Source: a bacterium
GTDB lineage: Bacteria > UBA8248
Reading direction: 5' to 3'
Length of the DNA: 64,000 nucleotides
NCBI GenBank assembly: GCA_965203325.1
Contig: OZ241875.1
Span: 384,001-448,000 of the forward strand
Positions 21,491 to 33,738 of the stretch are shown here, piece after piece. The position numbers and the translations under genes are program-made. The notes below the pieces were generated by a model. That model saw only the letters and a list, made by a program, of their open reading frames with translations, was not told where the DNA came from and made no database searches. Numbering within the stretch: the stretch's first letter is position 1; each line of letters starts with the position of its first letter.

Positions 21491-22366
21491 ATGGAACCAA
21501 GAGACAGGGCGGCGACGCTGATTGAAGCGCTGCCCTACATCCAACAGTTTGCGGGCAAGACCATCGTCGTCAAATACGGCGGCGCGGCCCAGGTGCAACC
21601 GGAGCTTCACGCCCCCTTCGCCCAGGACATCGTGCTTCTCAAATACGTGGGGATCAACGTGGTCGTCGTCCACGGCGGCGGCCCCCAAATCGGCGAGACC
21701 CTCAAGAAAATCGGCAAGACCAGCGAGTTCATCGAAGGCCTCCGGGTGACGGACGAGGAAACGGTCGGCGTGGTGGAGATGGTGCTTTCCGGCGCGACGA
21801 ACAAGAGCATCGTGAGGCTCATCAACCGGCACGGAGGGAACGCCGTGGGCCTTTCCGGCTCGGACGCCGGCCTCACGACGGCGAAGAAACTGATCATGAG
21901 CAGAAAAGGACCTGGCGGTGAGGACGTGGAATATGATCTGGGGCGCGTCGGCGAGGTCCTGGCCATCAAGCCCGACATCATTCACCATCTCACGGACGGC
22001 GGTTTCATCCCCGTCATCGCGCCCCTGGGTGTGGGGCAGGACGGCAACGTCTACAACATCAACGCCGATTCGGCGGCGGGCGCCATCGCCGGGGCGCTTC
22101 ACGCGGAAAAATTCATCCTCCTGACGGACGTTCCCGGCATTCTGGACGATGACGAGAACCTCATCAGCACCATCAGGCGCGATGACGCCAAAAGGTTCAA
22201 AGAGGAGAAAATCATCACCGGCGGGATGATCCCGAAAGTCGACGCCTGTCTGGACGCGCTCTCATCGAACGTCACGAAAACCCACATCGTCGACGGCAGG
22301 GTTCCGCACGCGGTATTGCTCGAAGTGTTCACGGATGAAGGCGTGGGCACGCAAATCGTCAGATAG
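21491..22366 (+). CDS. argB: Acetylglutamate kinase
   Basis: VVKYGG, VHGGGPQI, GLRVTD, NINAD, GGMIPKV. Confidence 0.96.
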   Translation: MEPRDRAATLIEALPYIQQFAGKTIVVKYGGAAQVQPELHAPFAQDIVLLKYVGINVVVVHGGGPQIGETLKKIGKTSEFIEGLRVTDEETVGVVEMVLSGATNKSIVRLINRHGGNAVGLSGSDAGLTTAKKLIMSRKGPGGEDVEYDLGRVGEVLAIKPDIIHHLTDGGFIPVIAPLGVGQDGNVYNINADSAAGAIAGALHAEKFILLTDVPGILDDDENLISTIRRDDAKRFKEEKIITGGMIPKVDACLDALSSNVTKTHIVDGRVPHAVLLEVFTDEGVGTQIVR

Positions 22367-22386
22367 CTTCTTTATTGGGGAAAAGC

Positions 22387-23580
22387 ATGGACAACGCCAC
22401 TTTGATCTCGGACGCCGAACTCAACGTCGCCCCCACCTACGGGCGCTACCCCATCGCGTTGGTCCGTGGCGAGGGATGCCGCGTCTGGGATGCGGACGGT
22501 AAAGAATATCTGGATTTCGTATCCGGTCTGGCGGTGTGCAATCTCGGGCATTGCCACCCCGAGGTCGTGGCCGCCATCAGGGAACAGGCCGGAAAGCTGA
22601 TCCACGTCTCGAACCTCTATCACATCGAACCCCAGATCGAGTTGGCGAAGAGGCTCAACCGGCTCTCTTTCGGCGATAAGGCGTTTTTCTGCAACAGCGG
22701 CACCGAGGCCGTCGAGGCGGCGCTCAAGCTCGCCAGAAAGTATTCGTTCCAAAAATACGGAGAAGGCCGCCACGAGATACTGAGCTTCGACATGAGTTTT
22801 CACGGCAGAACCATGGCGTCGCTCACCGCCACGGGCCAGACGAAATTCCACGGGGCGTTCAAGCCCCTGCTGCCCGGGTTCCGCTACGTGCCATTCGGCG
22901 ATTTGGAATCTGTGGCCGCCTCGGTCTCGGAGCAAACCTGCGCCATCATGGTGGAACCCATCCAGGGCGAGGGCGGCGTGAACGTGCCGCCCGAGGGCTA
23001 TCTCAAGGGTTTGAGGGAGATTTGCGACGCGAACGATTTGTTGCTGCTATTCGATGAGGTGCAGGTCGGACTGGGCAGGACGGGAAAACTCTGGGCGTAC
23101 GAGCACGAGGGCGTCGCGCCCGACGCCATGAGCCTGGCGAAAGCCCTGGCGGGCGGAACCGCCATCGGCGCGCTGGTCGCGTCGGAGAAGGCCATGGCGT
23201 TCGAGCCCGGCGATCATGCCGCGACGTTCGGTGGCAATCCCCTGGCCACCGCCGCGGGATGCGCCGCGATGGACGCCGTCACCGCGCCCGGATTCCTGGA
23301 ACACGTGCAGGAGATGGGGGCATACGCCACCGCCGGACTCAAGGAGTTGGCGACGCGGCACGCCATCATCAAGGATATCAGGGGCAAGGGGCTGATCATC
23401 GGCTGCGAGGTGGACGTGGACGCGACTTCCATCGTCACGAAGGGGCTGGAGACGGGCTTTTTGCTGAACGTGGCCGTCCAGAAGGTCATCCGGCTCATCC
23501 CTCCCCTCGTCGTGGAAAAAGAGATGATCGACAAGCTGATGAATTTCCTGGATGGGGCGCTGGCGGATCTGGCGAAATGA
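22387..23580 (+). CDS. argD: Acetylornithine aminotransferase
   Basis: FHGRT, VEPIQGEGGV, DEVQVGLGRTG, SLAKALAGG (PLP Lys), TFGGNPL. Confidence 0.93.
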   Translation: MDNATLISDAELNVAPTYGRYPIALVRGEGCRVWDADGKEYLDFVSGLAVCNLGHCHPEVVAAIREQAGKLIHVSNLYHIEPQIELAKRLNRLSFGDKAFFCNSGTEAVEAALKLARKYSFQKYGEGRHEILSFDMSFHGRTMASLTATGQTKFHGAFKPLLPGFRYVPFGDLESVAASVSEQTCAIMVEPIQGEGGVNVPPEGYLKGLREICDANDLLLLFDEVQVGLGRTGKLWAYEHEGVAPDAMSLAKALAGGTAIGALVASEKAMAFEPGDHAATFGGNPLATAAGCAAMDAVTAPGFLEHVQEMGAYATAGLKELATRHAIIKDIRGKGLIIGCEVDVDATSIVTKGLETGFLLNVAVQKVIRLIPPLVVEKEMIDKLMNFLDGALADLAK

Positions 23581-24515
23581 AAAAGCTCGACTACCTCACA
23601 GGCTTTGAGCTGAGCGCCGCCCAAACGCTCGAACTCATCGAAGAGGCGCTCGTCCAGAAAAAAGAAACAGCCGAGGGAAAACTCCGCCCCGCGCTGGCGG
23701 GCAAGAACTTCGCGCTCATCTTTGAAAAACACTCCACGAGGACGCGGGTTTCCTTCGAGGCGGGTCTCACCCAACTAGGGGCCAGCACCATTTTCCTCGC
23801 GCCGAACGACACGCAGATCGCCCGGGGAGAAACCCCCGCGGACAGCGCAAAGGTTTTGAGTGAATACGTGGACGGCATCGTCGTCAGGACGTATGCCCAT
23901 GCGCGCGTGGAGGAAATCGCAGTGAACGCGAGCGTTCCCGTCATCAACGGCCTGACGGATCTTCACCACCCCTGCCAAGCCCTCGCCGATTTCCTCACGA
24001 TGCGGGAGCGCTACGGCACGCTCGATGGCCTGAAACTCGCCTATCTGGGAGACGGGAACAACGTGCTGCATTCCCTGCTCATAGTGGGCGCGTTGATAGG
24101 CGTCGACATCAGCGCGGCGTGTCCGAAAGAGTTCTGGCCGGACGCCAGAATTCTGGAGCAGGCCCGGGGTTCTGCGCGAGAATCGAACGCGCATATCCAG
24201 GTTACCGAGGACGCCGAAGAAGCGTGCGCGGGCGCCCACGCCGTGTATACGGACGTGTGGGCTTCCATGGGACAGGAAGCCGAGAACGAACGCCGCCAGA
24301 AAGTCCTGGCCCCGTATCAGGTGAATGGGGAGGTATTCCGGCATACAGATAAAAACGCCGTTTTCATGCACTGCCTTCCCGCACACAGGGGGGAGGAGGT
24401 GACGGCGGAGGTGATCGACGGCCCGAGGAGCGTCGTTTTCACGCAGGCCGGGAACCGGCTCCACGCCCAAAAGATACTCCTTCAAATTCTGGCCGGAGGA
24501 AACGATGGCGCCTAA
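23577..24515 (+). CDS. argF: Ornithine carbamoyltransferase
   Basis: [28 protein letters not shown] overlaps argD stop. Confidence 0.96.
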   Translation: MKKLDYLTGFELSAAQTLELIEEALVQKKETAEGKLRPALAGKNFALIFEKHSTRTRVSFEAGLTQLGASTIFLAPNDTQIARGETPADSAKVLSEYVDGIVVRTYAHARVEEIAVNASVPVINGLTDLHHPCQALADFLTMRERYGTLDGLKLAYLGDGNNVLHSLLIVGALIGVDISAACPKEFWPDARILEQARGSARESNAHIQVTEDAEEACAGAHAVYTDVWASMGQEAENERRQKVLAPYQVNGEVFRHTDKNAVFMHCLPAHRGEEVTAEVIDGPRSVVFTQAGNRLHAQKILLQILAGGNDGA

Positions 24516-25716
24516 GCCGAGCAGGGTGGTCCTCGCCTATTCCGGCGGGCTGGACACCTCCGTCATGCTCAAGTGGATCAAGGAGACATACGAGTGCCCC
24601 GTCGTGGCCTTTGCGGCGGACGTCGGTCAGGGCGCCGGAGAACTCGACGGCCTGGAGGAAAAGGCGCTGGCCACGGGCGCGGAGTCCTGCCACATCCTGG
24701 ATTTGAGGGAGGAATTCGCGCGCGACTACATCTTCCCCATGCTGCGCGCGGGCGCGGTCTATGAAGGCTCTTATCTGCTGGGGACCTCCATCGCCAGGCC
24801 CCTCATCGCGAAAGGCCACATGGACGTCCTCAAGAAAACAGGGGGCGACGCCGTCGCCCACGGCGCTACGGGCAAGGGGAACGACCAGGTGCGCTTCGAG
24901 TTGACCTACGCCTCCATCGACCCCGACGTCACCATCATCGCGCCCTGGCGCGACTGGGATTTCGGGGGGCGCTCCCATCTCATCGCCTATGCGGAAAGAC
25001 ACGGCATACCGATACCCGTGACGGCGGAAAAACCTTACTCGATGGACAGAAACCTTTTGCACATCAGCTTCGAGGGCGGCGTTCTGGAAGACCCCTGGGC
25101 GGAGCCGCCCGAAGATATGTACGTCTTGAGCGTATCGCCCGAAAATGCGCCCGACGCGCCCGAATACGTCGAAATCGAGTTCGAGAGAGGCGACCCCGTG
25201 GCCCTGAACGGAGAGCCCCTCTCGCCGGTCGCCATGATGGAGCGGTTAAACGCCTTGGCGGGCGCGCACGGCGTGGGCCGGGTGGATCTGGTCGAAAACC
25301 GCTTCGTGGGCATGAAGAGCAGAGGCGTCTACGAGACGCCCGCAGGCACGGTGCTGCATGCGGCGCGCCGGGCCGTGGAATCCCTCACGATGGACCGGGA
25401 AGTGCTGCAACTGCGCGATTCCCTGATCCCCAAATACGCGCAACTCGTCTACAACGGCTTCTGGTTCGCGCCGGAGCGGGAATTCCTGCAATCCGCCATC
25501 GACGGCGCGGCGGAATCGGTCTGCGGCACGGCCCGTGTGAAACTCTACAAGGGTTCCTGCATCGTCGTGGGCAGGAAAGCGCCCGAGAACCTGAATCTCT
25601 ACCGTTCCGACCTCGCCACCTTCGAGGAAGATGCGGTGTATTCCCAGAAAGACGCGGAAGGATTCATCCGCCTGAACGCCCTGCGGCTGCGGGTGCGCGC
25701 ACAACGCGATTCCTAA
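24505..25716 (+). CDS. argG: Argininosuccinate synthase
   Basis: [32 protein letters not shown]. Confidence 0.97.
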   Translation: MAPKPSRVVLAYSGGLDTSVMLKWIKETYECPVVAFAADVGQGAGELDGLEEKALATGAESCHILDLREEFARDYIFPMLRAGAVYEGSYLLGTSIARPLIAKGHMDVLKKTGGDAVAHGATGKGNDQVRFELTYASIDPDVTIIAPWRDWDFGGRSHLIAYAERHGIPIPVTAEKPYSMDRNLLHISFEGGVLEDPWAEPPEDMYVLSVSPENAPDAPEYVEIEFERGDPVALNGEPLSPVAMMERLNALAGAHGVGRVDLVENRFVGMKSRGVYETPAGTVLHAARRAVESLTMDREVLQLRDSLIPKYAQLVYNGFWFAPEREFLQSAIDGAAESVCGTARVKLYKGSCIVVGRKAPENLNLYRSDLATFEEDAVYSQKDAEGFIRLNALRLRVRAQRDS

Positions 25717-25853
25717 TGTAATTCCTGAATCATTCGCTGTATCACACTGAATATATTTTCTATTTCTGAATTTTATTTGGGGATATGTAACCAGACAATC
25801 TTCGCGATCAACAGCCTTTGGTGCCAAACCACTCCGCTCTATATTGAGAAATA

Positions 25854-26783
25854 TCAGGCTTTGGCGGCGGAGCTTCTTTTGCCTCGGGAGCCTCGGCGTG
25901 CCGGCTCCGGCCACGCCAGCAGGATGGGGCTCGCCACATATATCGAGGAATACGTACCAGCCACGATGCCGATAGCCAGGGCGAACGCCACGTCGGAGAT
26001 GATGTCGCCGCCCAGGATGAGGAACGCCAGCACGGCGACCAAGGTCGTTCCCGATGTGAGCAGCGTGCGCGAGAGCGTCTGGTTGATGGATTTGTTGACG
26101 AGTCCTGAAAACTCGGCGCGCCTCGAAGCGCGCGTATTCTCGCGGATGCGATCGAACACGACGATGGTGTCGTTCAGCGAATAACCGATGATCGTCAATA
26201 CGGCGGCCACGATCGGGAGGGAAAACTCCTTGCCGGACAAGGAGAAGACGCCGAGCGTGATGATGACGTCGTGCAACAGCGCCACGACCGAGGCGATGGC
26301 CTGGCGAAACTGAAACCGGAAGCTGATGTAGATCAGGATACCGATGAGAGCGAACAGCATGCTGCTGAGCGCCTTCTGGCGTAAATCTGCACCCACTTTG
26401 GGCCCCACCATCTCGGTTCTGCGCATCTCGAATGCGTCTTTGCCGAATTTCTTGATGAGCGCGGTTTTCACGACGGATTCGACGCCCTTGATGTCGCCCG
26501 AGCTTTTCTCCACGCGAATCAGGAACTCCCCCTCGGAGCCGAAATTCTGGATGACCGTATCGCCCAAAGCGAGTCCTGCGAGGGCGCTTCGCACGTCGCC
26601 AATCGGCTTGGCTTGCTTGAATTGCACCTGCACCAGCGTTCCGCCGGTGAAATCGATGCCGTAGTTGATCCCCTTGGTCATCAGCAGGAGAAGTGACAAC
26701 ACGACGAACGCGGTGGAGACGCCGACGAAGAGCTTGATCTTGCCGATGATGTCGAACGATGCGTCTGGCCGGATAATTTCCAT
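25854..26783 (-). CDS. secF: Protein translocase subunit SecF
   Basis: GIDFTGG, VGPKVG, GYSLNDTIVVFDRIREN. Confidence 0.96.
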   Translation of the reverse strand: MEIIRPDASFDIIGKIKLFVGVSTAFVVLSLLLLMTKGINYGIDFTGGTLVQVQFKQAKPIGDVRSALAGLALGDTVIQNFGSEGEFLIRVEKSSGDIKGVESVVKTALIKKFGKDAFEMRRTEMVGPKVGADLRQKALSSMLFALIGILIYISFRFQFRQAIASVVALLHDVIITLGVFSLSGKEFSLPIVAAVLTIIGYSLNDTIVVFDRIRENTRASRRAEFSGLVNKSINQTLSRTLLTSGTTLVAVLAFLILGGDIISDVAFALAIGIVAGTYSSIYVASPILLAWPEPARRGSRGKRSSAAKA

Positions 26784-28333
26784 TAGATGCTCAAGCTCCT
26801 CACGTCGGTTCGGTACAAGAAGAAGTCATAGACGAATCGGGTGACGAAGATCGCGGTGAACATGCTCGCCACGATGCCGATGCTCAAGGTGACGGCGAAT
26901 CCCTTGATGGGTCCCGTCCCGAACTGCAGGAGAACCAGTGCGGCGATGAGCGTCGTTACGTTCGCGTCCAGAATGGTGAGGAAAGCCTTGCCGTACCCCG
27001 AATCGATGGCGGAGCGGATGGTTTTCCCCAGGCGCAACTCTTCCCTGACGCGCTCGAAAATCAGGACGTTGGCGTCCACCGCCATACCGACCGTGAGCAC
27101 GATGCCGGCGATTCCCGGCAGGGTCAGCGTGGCGCCGAAAAACCCGAGCGCGCCCATGAGGATCAGCAGGTTGAACAAAAGCGCCATGATGGCCACCGCG
27201 CCGCTCAACTTGTAATAAATGGCCATGAATATCAGAACGAGAGCAAACCCGACGATGATGCTGATGAGCCCCTGGCGCACCGAATCGGCTCCCAGCGAAG
27301 GCCCGACATTTCTCTCTTCCAGAACTTCCACCGGAGCAGGGAGCGCCCCGGCTCTCAGCGCGATCGCCAAGTCCGTCGCCTCTTCGAGCGTGAAACTCCC
27401 CGTTATCTGCGCCCTGCCCTGGCTGATTCGCTCCTGAATGACGGGCGCGCTGTAGATGACGCCGTCGAGCACGATGGCGAGGCGCCTGCCCACGTTGGCC
27501 GCCGTGAGGCGGTCGAACGCATCCCCCCCCACGGAATCGAACGCAATAGCCACGTAGGACTGGTTGAAGCGATCTCCGATTTCCACGCGCGCATCGGTGA
27601 GGTTGTCCCCGGTCAGGGCGGCTTCTCTTTTCACCAGCAAGGGCGTCCGTTCGAGCACCTCGCCCGTCTGACTGTCTCTGGTCACCTGATACAGAAGCTG
27701 GAGCCCTTCGGGCGCGCGGCCGCGTTCTACCGCGCTTGCGACGTTGGCCTGGCTGTCCACCATCTTGAACTCTAAGAGCGCCGTTTTCCCGATCAGAGAC
27801 TTCGCCCGGGAGGGGTCTTCCACGCCCGGAAGCTGGATGATGATGCGGCGCTCTCCCTGGCGCTGGAGCGTGGGCTCCCGCACGCCGAACTGATCGATGC
27901 GGTTCCGAATCGTCTCGAGCGCCTGGATGATGGCCTGCTCCTTCGTGCGCTCCACCTGTTGTGAGGAGAGGAAATACTCGAACGTCGGCGGGGTTCCCTC
28001 TTCACGCTGCAGGGTGAGGTCCGGGTAATTCTGCATCATCGAGAGGAAACGGCCCCTGTCGCCGGGGCGATGCAGGGTCACGGCCAGCCTCAAGCCGTCG
28101 CGCTTGAAGGTCCGGGTCCTGATGTCGTCTATGGTAAGGCGGTTTCGAAGCTCCGTGAAGTAGCGGCTCATCTTCGATTCCACCGCTTTTTCGGATTGCA
28201 CCTCAAGGACCAGATGAATCCCGCCCTGCAGATCAAGGCCTAAGTTGATGCGCTCGGCCGGAGGAATCAGATAAAACGCGGAGACGGCGATTACGATGGC
28301 TATCAGACCCGCCCGCCAGCTTGCACCCCTCAT
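26783..28333 (-). CDS. secD: Protein translocase subunit SecD
   Basis: LGLDLQGG, RIDQFGV, GPSLG, GMAVDANVLIFER. Confidence 0.96.
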   Translation of the reverse strand: MRGASWRAGLIAIVIAVSAFYLIPPAERINLGLDLQGGIHLVLEVQSEKAVESKMSRYFTELRNRLTIDDIRTRTFKRDGLRLAVTLHRPGDRGRFLSMMQNYPDLTLQREEGTPPTFEYFLSSQQVERTKEQAIIQALETIRNRIDQFGVREPTLQRQGERRIIIQLPGVEDPSRAKSLIGKTALLEFKMVDSQANVASAVERGRAPEGLQLLYQVTRDSQTGEVLERTPLLVKREAALTGDNLTDARVEIGDRFNQSYVAIAFDSVGGDAFDRLTAANVGRRLAIVLDGVIYSAPVIQERISQGRAQITGSFTLEEATDLAIALRAGALPAPVEVLEERNVGPSLGADSVRQGLISIIVGFALVLIFMAIYYKLSGAVAIMALLFNLLILMGALGFFGATLTLPGIAGIVLTVGMAVDANVLIFERVREELRLGKTIRSAIDSGYGKAFLTILDANVTTLIAALVLLQFGTGPIKGFAVTLSIGIVASMFTAIFVTRFVYDFFLYRTDVRSLSI

Positions 28334-28414
28334 GAAACTCTCCTTACGCCGGGTGGCTCCACGCCGCCCGTACCGGAAACCATTTCACCGGGTGAAGGCG
28401 AAATGACTTCATTT

Positions 28415-28807
28415 TTATTTTTCTGGTTTTTCTTTCTGGGGAGCCTTGTTCTGCTCCGCATTCGCGCTCGAACCCGCAGCCGTCACAAAAGACCTCTGCA
28501 CGCGAATACGCACGTTTTCATCCACTTTGAGTGTCACGATGTCGTCTTTGATTCTCGCCACTTCTCCCAGAATTCCACTCGCGACGACCTGATCTCCGGG
28601 CTTGAGGGCCTCCTGCATCCTCTTGATTTCCTGCTGCCTCTTCTGTTGGGGCCTGATCATGATGAAATAGATGATGGCGAAAATCATCAGGAACGGCGCC
28701 AGTTGAATCAGGAAACTGGGCTGCCCGCCACCCCCGCCGGAAGGAGGAGCCATGGCGTACGCAACAGAAGTATCCGCCAACCATGCCGCAATAGAATCCA
28801 ACATCAT
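28415..28807 (-). CDS. yajC: Preprotein translocase subunit YajC
   Basis: TM followed by YFIMIRPQQKR and LKPGDQVV; between tgt and secD. Confidence 0.93.
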   Translation of the reverse strand: MMLDSIAAWLADTSVAYAMAPPSGGGGGQPSFLIQLAPFLMIFAIIYFIMIRPQQKRQQEIKRMQEALKPGDQVVASGILGEVARIKDDIVTLKVDENVRIRVQRSFVTAAGSSANAEQNKAPQKEKPEK

Positions 28808-28854
28808 CTACATCTCCATAAATAAAGCGCTTCGCCTGTCCTCATAGCCAAGGC

Positions 28855-28883
28855 TTCGTAGCAAAGCCCCCGCTCCTTGTCAA
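28855..28883 (-). promoter_or_regulatory. Sigma70-like promoter for yajC-secDF
   Basis: TTGACA-17 nt-TACGAA with TGn extension. Confidence 0.55.
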
Positions 28884-28906
28884 CAAAGGCATTAAGAATC
28901 AGTCGC

Positions 28907-30861
<1,955 letters not shown>

Positions 30862-30893
30862 TGCCGCTCTCGCCTCTGCAGAACAACCACTCG

Positions 30894-32069
30894 CTACAAC
30901 TTGCGAACATGAGTCACCCGGCCCTCTCGCAAATAGATTCTCGGCACGCGGACGCCCACACCGCACATGATCTCATAGGGTATCGTTTCGGCCCTGTCGG
31001 CCAACTCCTCGCAACTGACGGCTCCATCGCCCCCCTCTCCCAGCAGGACGACTTCGTCTCCCGGCGCGATGGTTTCGATATTCGTCACATCGAGCGCCAG
31101 CATATCCATGGATACGCGCCCCGCCACCGGAACCCGCACGCCGCCCGCCAGCGCATCCGCACGGCTGGAAAGAATGCGCGGATAGCCATCCCCATATCCC
31201 GCCGCCACGATTGCGATTCGACCGGGAGAACTTCTCTCATAAGTTCCGCCGTATCCGACCGGCCGGCCTGCTTCGACCTCTTTCATCTGCAGCACCCTCG
31301 CGGCCCACGTCATGGCGGTTTTGAGAGCGGTGCTCTTCGAAAACTGAGGCGAGCAGCCATACAGCGCGATGCCCAGGCGCACGAGATTGCCGGGCGCTCG
31401 GGGATAATTCAGCAAGCCCGCGCTGTTCGCCATGTGGACATGGGGGGGAAGCAGATTCTTCTCCCGAAGCACATGGACCAGCGCTTCCATCTCGTGAATC
31501 TGCGCGCCCGTCGCGTCCTTTCCATCTTCTTCGTCCGCCCGGGCGAAGTGGCTCATCAGCCCGGCAACCTCGACCCCTTCCTCCCGGGATGCCCGCTCGA
31601 TGAAATCGACGGCCTCGGCAGGGCGCAACCCCAGGCGCCCCATCCCCGTATCCACCTTGACGTGGATTCCCGCTTTTTTGCCCGCTCCTCTCGCCGCGCC
31701 CGCCAGGCCCTCCATCTGCTCCACGTGCCAGACGGCGGCGTCGCAACCCGCATCGACCAGCCTTTTCGCGTTATACGCCAACGTATCGCTCATCACCAAT
31801 ATGCGCGCATCGGCGAATCCCTCTCCCGCCCCGTCGGCGCGTAGCGATTCCGCCTCTTCCACCGCCGCCACGCCGAACCATCTGGCGCCCGCTTCATATA
31901 CGGCGCGAGCGACCTCTACGCCCCCGTGCCCGTAGCCCTCCGCCTTCACGACGGCGAACGGCTCCTGAGAATGGAGCAGACTCGTCAGATTTTTATAGTT
32001 TTGAATCAGGATGTCCAGATCGATGAAGAGGGCGTTGCGAAATCCGGACGGCAGCAAATGTTTGCTCAA
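30894..32069 (-). CDS. alr: Alanine racemase
   Basis: AVVKAEGYGHG, HVKVDTGMGRLG, HMANSA, GYGDG, GRVSMD, TIPYE. Confidence 0.95.
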   Translation of the reverse strand: MSKHLLPSGFRNALFIDLDILIQNYKNLTSLLHSQEPFAVVKAEGYGHGGVEVARAVYEAGARWFGVAAVEEAESLRADGAGEGFADARILVMSDTLAYNAKRLVDAGCDAAVWHVEQMEGLAGAARGAGKKAGIHVKVDTGMGRLGLRPAEAVDFIERASREEGVEVAGLMSHFARADEEDGKDATGAQIHEMEALVHVLREKNLLPPHVHMANSAGLLNYPRAPGNLVRLGIALYGCSPQFSKSTALKTAMTWAARVLQMKEVEAGRPVGYGGTYERSSPGRIAIVAAGYGDGYPRILSSRADALAGGVRVPVAGRVSMDMLALDVTNIETIAPGDEVVLLGEGGDGAVSCEELADRAETIPYEIMCGVGVRVPRIYLREGRVTHVRKL

Positions 32070-32099
32070 AAAGAAAGCCCCCTTCGGGGAGACGGCTTC
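32068..32099 (-). terminator. Terminator-like hairpin after dnaB, abutting the alr start
   Basis: Minus strand GAAGCCgtctCCCCgaaGGGGGCTTTCTTTTT. Confidence 0.4.
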
Positions 32100-32111
32100 G
32101 CAGCTTCTTTG

Positions 32112-33536
32112 CTAGAACGGCGCATCTGCTTCATCGGGATAGCCCGGCTCTCCATTTTCCGAGCCTACGGCCGTGCCCTCGTGGAACGAATCCAGACTTA
32201 CGAATCGCGCGTAATCCGGAAAAAACTTGAGCTCCAGCTCACCGGTCGGCCCGTTGCGCTGCTTGGCGAGAATCACGGTGGCGAGCCCCTTGTTCTCGGG
32301 CTTGGGCTCATAATACTCCTCACGATACAGCAAGGCCACGACGTCCGCATCCTGCTCGATGGAACCCGACTCACGCAAATCCGCCAGGTTGGGACGTTTG
32401 CCCTCCCGTGATTCCACCGCCCTCGATAGCTGACTCAGGGCCACGACGGGCACATCGAGTTCCTTCGCCAGACTCTTGAGCCCCCTGGATATTTCGCTGA
32501 TCTCGCGCTGGCGGTTCTCCATGGAGCGGCCCCTGTGGTGCACGAGCTGGAGATAGTCGACCACCACGAGGCCGAGACCCTGCTCCGCCTGTATGCGGCG
32601 GCATTTCGCCCGGATGTCGAACACGGACAAATCCGTCGCGTCGTCCACGTAAATGGAAGCCTCCGATAGTTCGCCCGCGCTCCGAATCAAATCCGGCCAT
32701 TTCTGGGAGGGCATGTAGCCGCTTTGAAGCTGTCTGGAATTCACCATGGCGCGGCCGCACATCATCCGAATCGCCAATGCGCGCGCGCTCATCTCGAGGC
32801 TGAATATCGCCGTGGCGGTTTTCGACGCCAAGGCGGCGTATTCGGCGATGCACAGCGCGAACGCCGTCTTCCCCATGCTGGGACGACCGGCGATGATGAC
32901 CAGTTCCCCGGGCTGCAGGCCACTCGTCAGCTTGTCCAGGTCCGCGAATCCCGTGGGCACGCCGGTCACCAGTTCCTTGCGGTCGTAGAGGTCTTCCAGG
33001 TAGGGAAACGTATGTTTGATGATGTCGCGCATTCCCTCTACGCTTTGCTGGTAACGGCCGGACGAAACCTCCAGCATCGCGCGCTCGGCGTCGTCCACGA
33101 GCGTATCGATGTCCTCCTCGCCCGTGAAAGCTCTCTGGGCGATGGCGTTCGAGGTGTGTATCAGCTCTCTCAGCAATGCCGTGCTTCTGACGAGTTTCGC
33201 GTAGGTTTCCGCGCGCCTGGCGCTGGAGACATCGTCCGCCAGACGCGCGACGTATTCGGGCCCGCCCGCGGTGTCGAGCGTTTTCGCCTTCTTCAGGGCG
33301 TCGGCCAGGGTGAGCAGGTCGATGGGTTCGGATTTCTCGAACAGGCTGAGCATGCCCTCGTAAATCACGCGGTGGCTCATGCGGTAGAAATGCTCGGGCC
33401 GCAACACCTCCATGACGGGCGGCACCATCGACCCGTCGAGCAACAAGGCGCCCAGAACGCGCTGCTCGGCTTCTATGTTCTGTGGGGGGAGATGGCCCGA
33501 CTCCGCGGACCGCTCGGGGCGAGCGGGCATTTCCAC
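32112..33536 (-). CDS. dnaB: Replicative DNA helicase DnaB
   Basis: PPQNIEAEQ, GRPSMGKT, VDYLQL, LSQLSR, DLRESGSIEQDAD; no intein. Confidence 0.97.
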   Translation of the reverse strand: MEMPARPERSAESGHLPPQNIEAEQRVLGALLLDGSMVPPVMEVLRPEHFYRMSHRVIYEGMLSLFEKSEPIDLLTLADALKKAKTLDTAGGPEYVARLADDVSSARRAETYAKLVRSTALLRELIHTSNAIAQRAFTGEEDIDTLVDDAERAMLEVSSGRYQQSVEGMRDIIKHTFPYLEDLYDRKELVTGVPTGFADLDKLTSGLQPGELVIIAGRPSMGKTAFALCIAEYAALASKTATAIFSLEMSARALAIRMMCGRAMVNSRQLQSGYMPSQKWPDLIRSAGELSEASIYVDDATDLSVFDIRAKCRRIQAEQGLGLVVVDYLQLVHHRGRSMENRQREISEISRGLKSLAKELDVPVVALSQLSRAVESREGKRPNLADLRESGSIEQDADVVALLYREEYYEPKPENKGLATVILAKQRNGPTGELELKFFPDYARFVSLDSFHEGTAVGSENGEPGYPDEADAPF

Positions 33537-33738
33537 TTTGAAACTCCAATGTCTGCCAAGTGGAAAGAGCGGGCGTGGACGTTAGGTTACATCAGATGGA
33601 GCCAAGATCAAACTACCTGAAAACGTAATTGCCGGATCCCAAGGAAATAAGAGGCGCCAGCCTTCAACTGCCCCTTCTATCTCTATGATATCATTCGTCT
33701 TGCCACTATCCACCAAAAAACGACCGGAATGCGAAACG

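Noticed and set aside
25700..25860. Replication terminus or dif site at the switch from + strand to - strand gene blocks
   Set aside because: No convincing XerC/XerD arms. By eye, the + strand stays C-rich on both sides, so there is no skew inversion.
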